Positions 25,054 through 38,590 of a stretch of DNA of 64,000 nucleotides are shown in pieces. Position numbers and translations under genes: made by a program. Below the pieces are notes generated by a model that saw only the letters and a list, made by a program, of their open reading frames with translations, searched no databases and had not been told where the DNA came from. Position 1 is the first letter of the stretch; each line of letters starts with the position of its first letter. The DNA is taken from the NCBI GenBank assembly GCA_964016885.1, contig OZ024742.1, forward strand, positions 298,220,001 through 298,284,000, in the 5' to 3' direction. The DNA is from Eledone cirrhosa (lineage: Eukaryota).

Positions 25054-26979
25054 GAAAAGTATAGAAATTGTTGTAGTGAGAAGCTAACATTATTCCATAA
25101 TATATATATATATATATTATATATTAAAATTTCATACATTAAACATGTATGCACAAACTTAGCTTTCAGGGTCCAGTTATGGCCACCAATGTATGGTGGA
25201 GAAGCTGTTCTAAGACTTGTTGCTCACATCAACACAAGGTCAAAATTTAAAGAAAAACTGTTAGTTCAAGAAATATAATTCTCCTAAAGAACAAGAGGGT
25301 AACCCTCAAAATAAAACCAAAATTATAATGCTACAGCATTACATGCTTTGAAATGAACGTATGTATAATATATGCATGACCTAAATTATATGGTAATCAA
25401 TGTGTGTGTGTGTGTAATATGTGTGAGACTTAAGTTGTAAGGTGTTTTAAAAAAAAAAACCTTAAAGGAGCTCGCTACAATACAGAAAAGATTGTGCATT
25501 GTAGACTGTTTGCCTTTAAAAAAGCCAAGGGAGGTAAAGTTAAATAATGTTCTAGGAAGCTCAGAATCTGGCTCACTTGTGGCTATTACAACATGTATAA
25601 TTTATTTTATGTTTGATATAAAGTTATACTAGTGACTTGAAGGCCAGAAGTTTCATGTTTAATGAATACACTTATCTAAATTAGTGCATGAAGCACGAAA
25701 CTACTTCCCATCAAATCACTAGAATAGCTTCACATCAAACAAAATACATTACACATCACTCTACCCATTTATTGAGCTTTGTTTTTCTTGTTTGCAAAAC
25801 CAAACCCATTACATGTAGCTATCTGTATTAAAAACACAAACAGTTTTGTATATTTTAAGATAAGCATATTTTCAATCATTATTGATAATATGGGAACAAT
25901 GTTGATTTACTGGTTAGGACGTTGGACTTGTGATTATAATGTTTTGGGTTTGATTCCTGGGCTGGCTACTGTCTTGTGTTTTGCAGCTGAAAATGAGTAC
26001 TAGAAGTAGCTAAGGGTTAACATTGCAATGGACTGGTATCCTGTTCATGGGTAAGACTTGTATTTACAGTTGTTTAATAGTGATGAAACTTGAATAAGCT
26101 CTAGCCTGGTGAATGTCCAGGGCTTGGATACACTTTGACACACACATATATATATATATCCTTAAATTTTCAAATACAAAATAAAGAATGGATACATTAT
26201 TTGGTTGCCAATAACAGTTTTACAAGCCATAAAATTAATATTAAAAATGGAATGTTCTCAATTTTACACATTTAATAATTGACCTAATTTAATGGAGGAA
26301 AAATGGTCTCAGAAGGATAAATACTTGTTCATGAATATTATTTTTGTAAATTAAAATTATACTTTTCAGAATCTAGAACATTTCATTAATTGGTTGTTAT
26401 AATTGTTCATGATGAAATTAATGTTATTGAAATAAGAAAAAATATTCAAAAGAGAAGTAAAACAAAAATGCTCACTTCAACAAGGAATGAATGAATACTG
26501 TCACTTATGGTACAAGATAAGATGATGTAAATTTTAACTTTACAATAAACAAGAGATTGTGCAGTTATCTAAGCAATAAACTGTTCATCATTTATAATAA
26601 ATATCAAATTTTAACTGGAAAGGAAAATTAAATATGACAGAAATAGAAATTAAAATACATAATAATTTATTTCAATTACTGTTAAAGAAATATGTTTTTC
26701 TCCTGTTTGTTATTCACATATAATTGCTTTTCTACTTATCAGAAAATTCAAGATACCAATTCTATGAGGAAGATGATTACAGTTTTCTCGTGTTTGGTTG
26801 AAAAAATAATTTTTAAGTATCATATTTCAGCATATTACATCTCTTCAAGTATATCATTGTATTATTTGTAGTATTTTAAATACCTTATTTCAAGTTTTTG
26901 ACATTTTGTATAGGGTAAAATTAACAACTTAAAAATCAACTAAACTAAATTGTTTTCTAATCTACATAATTAATGGTAA

Positions 26980-29900
26980 TGTAACCCTTTTGGCACCACA
27001 TTAGCCAAAACTGCTCCTGGTTCTAAGATACAAAACTGTTAATACTAAAGCTTTTATTTTTATTTAAAAGCTTCCATCATAATTTCATGTAAGAATATTC
27101 AAGTTATGCTTTTAACACTAGTTCAATAATGAGTAAATTAATAAAATGACTAAATCTTCTTATATTCTTCAAATTGAATTGAAACACACAGGCTGTGTTT
27201 CAATTTAGTTTGAAGAAAGTAATAGGATTTAGTAATTTAGAAATATGGTAGCAAAAAATGTTTTTTTAAATAACTTGAATGTTAACTATGCTAAATTTTC
27301 CTTACTCTACAGGCTTAATTATCACTTAATCATAAATAATTGTTTCTACTTTAGGCACAAGGCCAGCAATTACCCAGTACATTACTGGTACTTTATTTTA
27401 TCGACCCCGTAAGGATGAAAGACAGAGTTAACCTCGGCGGGATTTGAACTCAGACTGTAAAGGGACGTAACTATGCTAAAAAGCATGGCGTCTAACCCTC
27501 TACCGATACTGCCAATTCACCTTAATCATAAATAATGCATGTTGAAGTGGCTTCTCTGTTGGTTTGTGAATCAGTAAATGAAGTACGGGAAACTTAGAGG
27601 AACAAAAATAGTCAATATTAGCCTCTGACTGGAAACTTTAACATAAATGTGTTTAATAAAACCTGAAGTGTATAATAATTGTTTCTACTTTAGGTACAAG
27701 GCCAGAAATGTTAAGGGGGGTGGAAAGTTGATTAAATCAACCGTAATATTTACTGGTGCTTTATTTTATTGACCCTGTAAGGATGAAAGGCAAAGCTAAC
27801 CTCAGTGGGATTTGAACTCAGAATTTAAAGGGGAATAACTCTCTGCCACAAAACATGGTGTCCATTACTCTACCGATACTGCCAATCCACAGTAGTAATA
27901 ACAGTAGTAATGTTAACATGCAAGAAGTTACAGAAATATTTTAATCCACTGAGGCATGACAGAAGACTTGGTTCTATGGAGGGAGTTAAAGATATGGTTG
28001 ACAATCATAGTTTCTTTTCCAAAGCCATTTATCAAATATGGCATATATGAGGCATAGTGGTTCCAGTTCAGTCCAATCCAACCCAACATAATATACCTTT
28101 ACTTCATTTATGAGGCTCACACAACACCAATTATTTTGAATGAGAAATTATTTCCAGAATTTATTAAGATTATTAGATGGATTGTTTTAAAGGATAGAAA
28201 AAAATATAGTATTTCTTTCACATGAGATCAAATTTAATTTTGCCATTATTTTGTTACCTGAAAATACTAATAAAAGGTGACATCTTATGGAACTGTTGGT
28301 TTCAACAATGATTATTGCAATTGTTCAGTCAACTGAACTACTTGGTCCTCGAATTAGTAAGTAGCTGAGTATTTCACAGACATGAACACTGAATGTACAG
28401 TTAACAGGTAGAATCAGTGTGACAGTGTGGCAATGTTGTACGTTGAATTACAAATAGTGTTCATCCAAAGTGCTTCCACACAGTTTTCATCTAACTTATT
28501 TAATTCACAAAGCTTGGGTTGATTGAGACTATAGTAAAAGATAATTGCTCAATATGCCATGCTGGGTAAATGGCCTAAAAATAGACACTTGAAATGATGG
28601 AATAATAGACTGTTAAAAATGCTGTGTACATATAAACAGTCAAAGCCTAAAGGTTGTGGGTTAAATTTCCCAACTGAGTGTTACATCATGTCCTTGAGTA
28701 ACACTCAGTTACAAATGAGTACCAGCAACAGTCTCGGTTTTAACCCTTTGATTGACTGGTGTCTCATTAAGGTTGTACTTTCAATCATTTAAAACAAAAT
28801 AATACTAGAATAAGCTCTAGCTTATGTGTAATGTAAGCTTGGAAAAATTAACATAAAAATGATGAAATACTTATGGATATGTTAACCATTTCATTACTAT
28901 ATTTCTAATGAAAAATAACCAAGTATTTTGAGGAATTTACTAAAATAACCTTCTCACTATTGAGCTGCTGTTTGGACCATAATATAATAAAGGGTCTTAC
29001 ATAAAACTATGATGAAAAGTTTAAATTTGAATATAAACACATTAAAATAAACAGTTTAGTATCATAGAGCCTGGGATAGTTTTACACTGTTTGGTGTCAA
29101 AGGAGCTAATATTCCACTAAAACTTCATATATTTTTGGACAGACTTTCTTTTGTGTAATGTTTCAACAGTAGTCTAAAATAATTGAAAAGCTGTTAATAA
29201 TAAAACCTAACAAATTATTCTATATTAACAGAGTAACATTTACAAATGTACATATATTACCAACAAGCTTTAGGTAATGTAAACTTATTTGAAATCTAAA
29301 AATGGAAACAAACAAGGTTAGTTAGAACATTTAACAATTTTGTAATCATATGTTTAATAAGGGATCTACTAAAATTATTAATGATTTCATTATTAAGATT
29401 GTATTTGTAACTTAAATAAACAAAAGGTTCTTTATGAGAATATTTAAGATGGGTGCTTTGTGCCATAGAAACAGAGATGGTTTTGGCTGGGTTGGTATCA
29501 AAAGGGTTAAATTATTTTATTTGTTGTGAAACAGAAAATATAAATAAGAATAAATGTTCTTAAGCTTCTTAATCATCTTCAATCCTCAATGAATTCAAGC
29601 TTTAAGAGAATGTGTGTCTTAATTTTAACATTGTAGTCTTGTGATGTTATAGGAAGAGTGTTTGAAGATATCATCAAATAACCTGTTGAATAATTTCAAA
29701 ATAATTTTTAAAATAATCAAGAATCAGGAGAGATTTAGTAATATGAGTAATTTTCTCATCATGAAGCTGGGGTTTGGAGCATAACTTAACAAAGGTTCTT
29801 ACATAAAATTATGATAGAATGTTTAACATTTTAAAATATGCAGTTTTGTATCATAGAAATAAGGATAGTTTCAGGTGGTTTGGCATCAAAAGGGTTAAGG

Positions 29901-30706
29901 GTTATAGAATCCAAGTGAAGTTTTGTCTCAAAAAGGTTAAAAATTATTTCTTCTCTTTTATTAAATATATGAACAATTTCTTTTAAATGACATTTTTCTT
30001 GTGTCAAAATATTGAACATCAAACAATTTTATTACTGTTGAAATGTTGAGGGTTTTAAATGAACAAAAAACTTAGAACAAAAAACTTAGTATTATAGAGC
30101 CAGGGTGGTTTCAGGCAATTTGGTATCAGAAAGGTTAAGGTAAATAACTCAACTAATTTTAATGGTATTTCTAAATATATCTACTGAATATAGGAATGAT
30201 ACTAATTTGGTAGGTATATTCTACTGAAGCAGGGGAAATATGGATAACATATTTTCAGAGGAAGGGAAAAAGCTTAATACTAAAAGTTGTCAGGGGGTTA
30301 ATTTTAAGGCATTTTTAACAGGATAGGTAACTAATTTACCTTCAAAATATAATGACTCGATGAGTGATGATGTGTTATCATCTTGGTCCACTGCAAACAA
30401 AATAAAAGTATATTAATTTATTTTTATTAATATATCTGAAGCTGTAATTCTTTTAACCCCTTCATTAACATATTTCTAATGAAATATATGGCTTACAATT
30501 TCCAAATAATTTTGAAAATAATAATGAATTTGGATGGATTTAATAATATAACTTTCTTAATTATTAAGCTGGTGTTTGGGATATAACATAATGGCTATTA
30601 CATAAAATTATGATTAAAAGGTTTTAGATGAACATAAACACTTTTAAATAAATGGTTGTCAATGAAACAGGTGTCAGCTTAGGCAGTTTGGGATAAAATG
30701 GGTTAA
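26980..30706. mobile_element. Cluster of ~220-280 bp TTAA-ended MITE-like repeats
   Basis: Right ends gg(t/c)atcaaaagggttaa or variants at ~29110, 29510, 29899, 30138, 30706. Left ends ttaacc..ttcatta..atatttct at 28882 and 30453. Inverted copy ~26982-27260. Confidence 0.6.
30340..30390 (-). CDS. Candidate 51-nt host exon (xDQDDNTSSLIESLYFE)
   Basis: Acceptor ttttattttgtttgcAG, donor GTaaatt, stop-free symmetric phase-1 exon. No product recognised. Confidence 0.4.
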
Positions 30707-31207
30707 CTTAAAATTCGTGTGGAAAATGTATTTATTTTAATCTTTTAAATATCTGTTTGAAATAAAATTAAATCTTCTTCATCCATATTTTCTGTCCTTT
30801 ACTAGTTCCAATCACTGGACTGTGGCCATGTTACGCCACTACCTTCAACGAATTTAGTCACTTACATCATCCCCAGTATTTATTATTTCAGTCTGATACT
30901 GATTATATCAATCTTTTTTTTTAATTGCTAAGGTATGGGATGAATATGCATGTGTATGAGTGTGTGTGTATATATGTGTGTGAATATCATCATCAGCATC
31001 ATCATTGTTTAACGTCTATCTTCCATGCTAGCATGGGTTTAGACGGGAATTGTCCCACTTGAGGCAAGATTGGTCGTCTTGCTCGTATGGGACTGTCTGG
31101 CAGGTTTTCTATGGCTGGATGCCCTTCCTAACACCAACCACGTTTACAGTGTGGACTGGGAGGTTTTTACCATGTTACCTACACAGCCACATTACAGTGT
31201 GAAATAT

Positions 31208-31238
<31 letters not shown>

Positions 31239-31281
31239 CATATAATATATAAGATCAAAAGATGGTTAAATGAGTTCCATA

Positions 31282-31352
31282 TATTTTATTATGCGCATTT
31301 CAAAAACAAATATCATCATGCAATAACATTTGTGTTTTCATCAGATAAAATA
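31282..31352 (-). ncRNA. Type I hammerhead ribozyme (P1 left arm)
   Basis: Exact reverse complement of the 31424-31494 motif. Confidence 0.85.
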
Positions 31353-31423
31353 GGACATGATATAAAGATTAAAAAACACTGCACTATCCACAAGTGTTTT
31401 TTAACCTTCATATCATGTCCTCC

Positions 31424-31494
31424 TATTTTATCTGATGAAAACACAAATGTTATTGCATGATGATATTTGTTTTTGAAATGCGCATAATAAAATA
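31424..31494 (+). ncRNA. Type I hammerhead ribozyme (P1 right arm)
   Basis: tattttat-CTGATGA-aaacacaaatgttatt gcat gatgatatttgttttt-GAAA-tgcgca-TA-ataaaata. 8-bp stem I, long stem II, palindromic stem III (ATGCGCAT). Predicted cut after 31486. Confidence 0.88.
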
Positions 31495-31739
31495 TATGGA
31501 ACTCATTTAACCATCTTTTGATCTTATATATTATGTATACTCCAGTCCTACAAACTGTAGAGTGCTTCTTATCCGATATCTGCATTGCTTTATTGTACTA
31601 CAATAAAACTCACCTCCTACATATATATACATATATATATATAAAATATATATATATACACATGCATGAGTGCATATATATATGTGTGTGTGTGTGTATG
31701 CATGTGAGTATATATATATATATACATATATACATAAAT

Positions 31740-31957
31740 CAGGATGGAGACAGTTTGAAACTGGTTAGACCATTACTCAACAGAGCACTTAATACTTGGG
31801 ATAGTAGAGTATGGCTATATTATAAAGAATCAGGACCTGATGGCTGAGCTCATACTGTTTCAACAGCTAATTCCACACTGATTGAACATGGCATTCTGGA
31901 ACTAGCTGTTGAAATGGCAAGAGCTCAGCCGTCTGGCCCTGACTCTTTAATAATATA
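31740..31957 (-). mobile_element. Fold-back element family P3 (diverged copy) with hammerhead 3' half
   Basis: IR 31816-31957 contains GAAA-tggc aagagctca gccg-TC. The tail 31755-31814 is the reverse complement of 45790-45846. Confidence 0.75.
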
Positions 31958-32779
31958 TATATATTTATTTACATTCATTTGCATGTGTGTCTGTGTTCAC
32001 AATTATTGCATATTTATATACCATAACTTAATGATTCAACAAATAATAGTTGATATAATACGTACCATGTATCTATATGTAGAGTTTCTTCACAGTTTCA
32101 GTCAAACAAATGGTTGCAAAGATAACTCTTTACTGAGCCAAACACTTATGCCTGTACCTTTTACTTAAATCTCTCATGGGGAAATTTATTTATTTCAATC
32201 TATTTAATTATTTCTATTTGCAATAAAATTAAATCTCAATATTTATTAATGGATATTGCTTTTTAATTAAAATAAAGTATTTTTTTCAACATAGGCTATT
32301 TTGAAAGATTCACATGAAGCTGGTATAAAAATCTATATTATGTTGATCAGCTTGTTAAATTCTGAGATAAAGTGTTTATTTCTTTCTCAGATTTTAATGA
32401 ATTCTATTCAATTTTCCATGTTTGAATTATTTATGCTATTTAATGTGAATGACATAAATGTCATAAAATAGTCTTAATCAAAATTATATATAATTATACA
32501 GATTTGAAAAGTAAATTGAGTCAAATTAATTTTTCAAATATATTTGGAGGTAATTTTTAATGAAAAGATCTGAACAACTTCATTCCTATATTTATTCAGA
32601 AGAAGTTTTATTAATGTCTTTCTTCTTTTTCTTCTTTTTATTTACAAAGCACCCATGACCTTTATCTAGATCCCTCTATGCATACAAACTATTAACATAA
32701 GCTTTCTTTGCTCATATAAAAAAGATGACAACATCAATAATGATGATAATGATCATCATGGTTTGTACATTTATTTTTC

Positions 32780-33310
32780 GATGACTACATGGGTAGGAAG
32801 AGTCTTCTACAGCACAGCTTGCTAACATTTGTCACATTCCTTTATCAGCTCCTTTGTGAAAATCAGTGTCCTGAGATCAGCTCTCACAACTGCTTCCTAA
32901 GTTGTTCTCAGTCTTTAATCTTCTGCAGCTTCCTTTCACTTAGAATGCCTGGCCATTCACGCAATGGCCACCGTCCATATGCATCCCATGTTCATACCAG
33001 TGCAATCTGTTCTCTTGCATACTGCATCCAGTTTTTCTTAAATCTCCCTTTTCTGTAGTTCATAGTTCATGCACACTAACACACACATCCAGTGGAGTAA
33101 GCTAACACTTCTTTCTAACCTTCATACATTTTCTGCATTCATTTTATGCCCATGTCACACTAATATGCAACATTACACTTTGTACACATGCATCACATAA
33201 TCTACTCATTACTTACAAAGAGAAATCATTTGTTCCCAGCAGAGATAGTAGCTCCCTGAATTTTAGCATCCAGTTCTTGTTCTGGCTATTATGCTTTCTT
33301 CATTTTTCCA
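32780..33310 (-). pseudogene. Decayed RTE 3' fragment
   Basis: Reverse complement shows remnants of ..FRELLSLL.. and RLHWYEH. Similar relics at 1400-1690(+), 58230-58620(-) and 58960-59220(+). Confidence 0.6.
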
Positions 33311-34527
33311 CAACACCCATTCCAATAGGACTCCTTATTTGTCCCCTATGTTTATATTTTGTCATTTTGTCCACAGATAAAATAAAAAGCTTATATCTGC
33401 TATTACCTACATCAGTTCATAAATGAAAATCATTATAAACATCAATGAAGCTTCTGTAATATGAAAAAAAAAATGCAAGAATAAATTTTAATTGGAAAAA
33501 TAATAGAATTATCCCACTATTTACAAAATATCTTCCATTTTCCATAGTGGAGGCATTGTTTTTGCATTGCCATTTCCATGCTGGTAAGGATTAGATGAGA
33601 CTTTCTTTAGGCAGTATTCTATGGCTAGGTACTGTTCCTGATGTCAACCTTTATTTCTGAGTGAGCCACCTTTCCCACTAATCTCTAAACATGAAAACAC
33701 TAAGCTGTGAGACATATTGTTTATGCAGGACATTCTCTTTAGTTTTGCTGGGGTGATGTAATCTACCTGATGCTAGTAAATGAACTGAGAATTTAGGTTA
33801 GAGGGGACTCTTTTGACTTGATGGGAACAAGACAACTTCTCAATTGCTGGTGCCACCCAGTGTATTAGAAGAACTCAATAGACAAAATACAAACATTACC
33901 CAATATAATGTTAGTGGTAATCACTATCAGAGAACTCTTATTAATGATATTTGTTTAGGGCAGTGGGGTGGTAGTATCAGCAAAGCTTCAGACAACATAT
34001 TTTGTGGCATAAAAAGTACCAGTTCAGAGGTGTGAGATTGGCAGAAGTGTTAAAGAGTTGGATGGGATGCTTTGCTGTATCTGCTACAAGACTGCCCGCT
34101 GGACAAAACATCAATCCATTGCATTGCTAACCAATACCTACTGTTGGCACTCATTTTCAGCTGAATGAACTGAAGGAATGGGAAATGGAATATTTTGCTC
34201 AAGAACACAACATGCCACCCAGTTTTGGGAATTGAACCCATAACATTACGTTCATAAATCCAACACCCTAACCACTAGGCCCACACTATCAAAAATGAAT
34301 CTATGGCCACTTTTGTTCCATTGTTGAGTGTTTAGTTGTTGTTGATGCACTGAACTATAAAAACATTTCCTTCAACAATTCACATGCTAAATTCAAAATT
34401 TGCACAACTGTCCCACCTATGATACTAGACATTGCAAATAAAAAAACTGACAAAAAATAATTATTTGGTTAATGCCTGTGGTATCAAGTGAATATAAATG
34501 CTTTAAAATAAACATGTGGATACACAT

Positions 34528-34581
<54 letters not shown>

Positions 34582-35003
34582 TTTACGTACATAATACATG
34601 CACAAAATACATAACTACATACATAAGATGCATGTATACAAACATAGATACATAATTAGATATATAAATAACTTCACACATACATACATAGATAAATACA
34701 TGTACACACTTATACACTCTTACATACATATCTACACATGCACAAATATACACTCTTTTATAATGATACACTATTAACTTGATTAAATATGCAGCCTGAG
34801 TAACTCATCTCTTTTTATCAGATTGAATTGTCATACTGATTCAAATTTTGATTGGTTCCAGGATGACAGCACATATTCCACTAAATATCAACTTGCAAAT
34901 TCATGGTTTATTTCCAGCGAATCTGATTTTGAAATAAGGATATTAGTAGCTAATATTTTTACTATTTTTACAGATCTTCTATAATTACAATAGATTTTAT
35001 GTT

Positions 35004-35050
<47 letters not shown>

Positions 35051-35403
35051 ATGTTAAACGATGATGATGATGATGATGATGATGATTTTATACATGTTAT
35101 GTATTTTATAGGTAATATATCTTTAATATATATATTAAGGATTTTATATGTATTATTTATATTAACTAACAAAAATTCCCAGTTTTTAGAATCTTTCATA
35201 ATTTAGTCATTTAATGAGAAGGAGAATTTCCCTTTTATAGCTAGCATATTTTATTTATCTTTTCTTTTAAACTATCTTGCATATATACAAATGTGTACGT
35301 GTCTTTTATATTGTATTGTTATTCATTCCTTTAAACACAATCCCAAATATACTGTTGTTATGCTTTTATTATACTGATGTTTATCTTTATTGATATATGT
35401 ATG

Positions 35404-35448
<45 letters not shown>

Positions 35449-35452
<4 letters not shown>

Positions 35453-36255
35453 TTAATATGGAAGAGCTGCTACAGGACTAGAACTGTTTTATTCATGAGA
35501 AATCATCAGGAAGCTGACTGTCCAAGTAAAATGGTAGTATTTATATCTTTCCTTATCTGGTGGTAGGAGAGGGTGGGGATTGGGATGGGTGGAGGTCATT
35601 GGTTGAAGGAATTAAAGAAAAGGGAGTTCATTAAAAGCTAATTCTTTAAAGCTATAAAATTAACAAAGGCAGAAAGAATACAGTAAGCAAGTTCAAAATT
35701 GGAATACCAATCCTTGTTTATCACTTAGACTAACAATGCCTGTAAGACAGGTGTCTACAGGATGGGTGGGGTTCAATGGTTTAAAGAAAAGGGAAATTCT
35801 TTAGAAGCTAATTCTTTAGAAGCTAATTATATCAACAGATCTGTTGATGGAACCCTTTCTGCCTTTGTTACCCTTATTTCAGCCTTAAAGAATTAGCTTC
35901 TAAAGAATTTCCCTTTTCTTTAAACCACTGAACCCCACCCATCCTGTAGAGACCTGTCTTACAGGCATTGTTAGTCTAAGTGATAAACAAGGATTGGTAT
36001 TCCAATTCTGAACTCCCTTTTCTTTAATTCCTTCAACCAATGACCTACACCCATCCAAATCCCCACCCTCTCCTACCACCAGATAAGGAAAGATATAAAT
36101 ACTACCATTTTACTTGGACAGCCAACTTCCTGATAATTTCTCACGAATGAAACAGTTCTAGTCCTGTAGCTCTTCTATATTAAAACTTTTATACTCTGCA
36201 ATGTATTAAGTACTTTACTTACTGTGGTTACCTCCGATTCAACCCGGAATAACTT
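35449..36255 (+). mobile_element. Fold-back element family P2 (~350-bp arms plus tail) with two degenerate hammerheads
   Basis: 35449-35830 is inverted at 35850-36187. HHR motifs at 35465-35515(-, GAAA>AAAA) and 36124-36172(+, CTGATGA>CTGATAA). Embedded in (TA)n. Confidence 0.88.
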
Positions 36256-36298
36256 ATATATATATATATATATATATGTATATGCCTATATATATGCC

Positions 36299-36336
<38 letters not shown>

Positions 36337-37536
36337 TACATATATGCCTTTATATATATACATATATATATATAAGAGGTTAACGGGACTAGCATAAGGG
36401 TTCCTTGCTAGTAATGGCTGCATCTCAGTTTAGTCAATAGATAAGTTTATGTATAAATCCCAGAGTAGACACAAAGTTATTTGCCTTGATACAGCACACG
36501 TAAATGGGTACCGGAAATTTATACCCATACTTGAGTTTCTGCCACACTTAATGCAGTAAGAGAGCATATAACATCCATTGTCTACATTTATTATGAAATA
36601 ACGCACAACCAGTGCATGTGGCTTCATAATATAAATATATGCATCTTATATATACATATATACGGAAAACATAGAAAAGACAAGTACGTGGGAAACACCT
36701 ACTCATCAGTTGTCTTTCTTGGGATCATTATAGTTTTGGATGCTTCATAAGAACAGACTATTTACCCCCATTGCATCAATGGAAACCATGGAATTATCCA
36801 TGAATAGCTATTCGAGATGAAAACACAACAGACGGACAAAACAAGAAGAAATAACTACATACTAATATGAGACAGGAAAATTGCTACAATTGAAATCAAC
36901 ACAAATAAGGGTTGGGTAATCTTAGTAGAAATGAAGGCATGGAATAAATTCATACTAGTTTGAGCAATAGCCTTAGAACTAATATTAGTAGGAGGGACAT
37001 GGTGAAGATGACAGGACAGGTCTTTGTCAAATCACAAAAGGTTGAGACAAAAGTTTTGAAGGGTAGGGCAGTATTAAGGACTGAGGGAGAGGGAGAAAAA
37101 GACAGATAGATGGCTATAGAGGGAGATATAGATAGATAGACAGGCAGAGAGAGAGAGGGAGAGAGAGAAGGGAGAGAGAGAGAGTGTGTGTGTGTCACAG
37201 CAGTAGTACAAGTTAGTTATACACATATATATATATACATATAGCTTAATGATGATACTCTGGCACCTCATTCCTACTTATTTTAATGATATATATATAT
37301 ATATGTATATTAATAATTGTTTCTACTTTAGGCACAAGGCCAGCAATCACCCAGTGCATTACTGGTACTTTATTTTATCGACCCCGTAAGGATGAAAGGC
37401 AAAGTCAACCTCGGCGGGATTTGAACTCAGATCGTAAAGGGACGTAACTATGCTGGAAAGCATGGCGTCCGACCCTCTACCGATTCTGCCAATCCACAAT
37501 ACTAATAAATGGAAAATATTTTTATAAAACCATATT

Positions 37537-37597
37537 TATTTTATTATACATATTTCAAGGGTACTAATATTTAAGTACGCTTTCGTCAGATAAAATA
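37537..37597 (-). ncRNA. Type I hammerhead ribozyme
   Basis: Minus: tattttat-CTGACGA-aagcgtact taaatatt agtaccctt-GAAA-tatgta-TA-ataaaata. Intact core, 8-bp stem I, stem II 8 of 9 bp. Confidence 0.85.
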
Positions 37598-38160
37598 TAA
37601 TAATTGGTGTTAAGATAGTGACATGTCTTCATGTGAACTTAATGGTATAAGTCCAGTGAAGATAGTGAATAGAAAGGTTCAACACTCAAGGGACATATGC
37701 TAATGAGGATAATGTTAAAACTGAAAAAAAACGTAAAGTTTAGACGCTAGAAAGATTTTAAATACTTATTTAAATTTTTTTAAGGGTTTGCTATTATAAG
37801 TTGAAAAATTATTGTAGAGGTATTTTAAAGTTAGTTATAGAAATGATACTCCAAATAAAACTGTTGAGTGCTTCTAATCTGTTGTAAAATTAAGTTTGTT
37901 GAATAATCAACAAACCATATAACTCATTGTTTATATATATGTATATATATATATATATTGTACACGAGTGTTGTTTATCTTAGTAGTTACGTAGTAACTT
38001 CCTGATGATAAGCAGGTCCTAGTATCCAAAGCACTACACATCAGTAGTTTATTCGAGGTAGGTAATATTGAGTGACTGAGTATTCATTTATCAAATAATG
38101 GCAGTTAAGACGGGGTTAAATCACCATAATTATTTATTGCATTATATATATTTCTGTTAC

Positions 38161-38336
38161 ATGGTTATTCATGCAATCATTGGTGCAGTTATGCAATCAT
38201 TGTCATATGCCAGTGGCCATGCACATCCATCCACTTCACTACTGCATGGATGTGCATAGCCACCGGCATATCACAATGATTGCATAACTGCACCAATGAT
38301 TGCGTAAGCATCTGATGAAGTCACATGAATAACCAT
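38161..38336. repeat. Fold-back repeat (58-bp arms 38173-38230 / 38246-38303)
   Basis: gcaatcattggtgcagttatgcaatcattgt... is inverted. Outer arms atggttattcatg/catgaataaccat. CTGATGA at 38312. Confidence 0.88.
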
Positions 38337-38463
38337 ACAATGATTATTTGAGATATATATATATATATATATATAGTAAAAATAATAAATTTGAAGACTA
38401 AAATCCAAAGAGGGCTCGATAAGGATAAATATATATCAAATATATAAGAACCGTAGAGCAAAA

Positions 38464-38590
38464 ATTTATTAAAATAACAGATTAAAGTTTAAGCAAAGAA
38501 TCGCTGCTTTCACCCTTAACGGGATCTTCAGAAGATCCCGTTAAGGGTGAAAGCAGCAATTCTTTGATTAAACTTTAATCTGTTATTTTA

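Larger units (their letters stand above)
31240..31620. mobile_element. Fold-back element family P1 (palindrome 31240-31536 plus unique tail)
   Basis: Arms of ~140 bp are near-perfect reverse complements. Flanked by TA repeats. Homologous to 43411-43759. Confidence 0.92.

Noticed and set aside
37965-38050. cctgatgataagcagg..caaagcac (related to 19890-19965)
   Set aside because: No GAAA or consistent stems; only a small repeat family can be supported.
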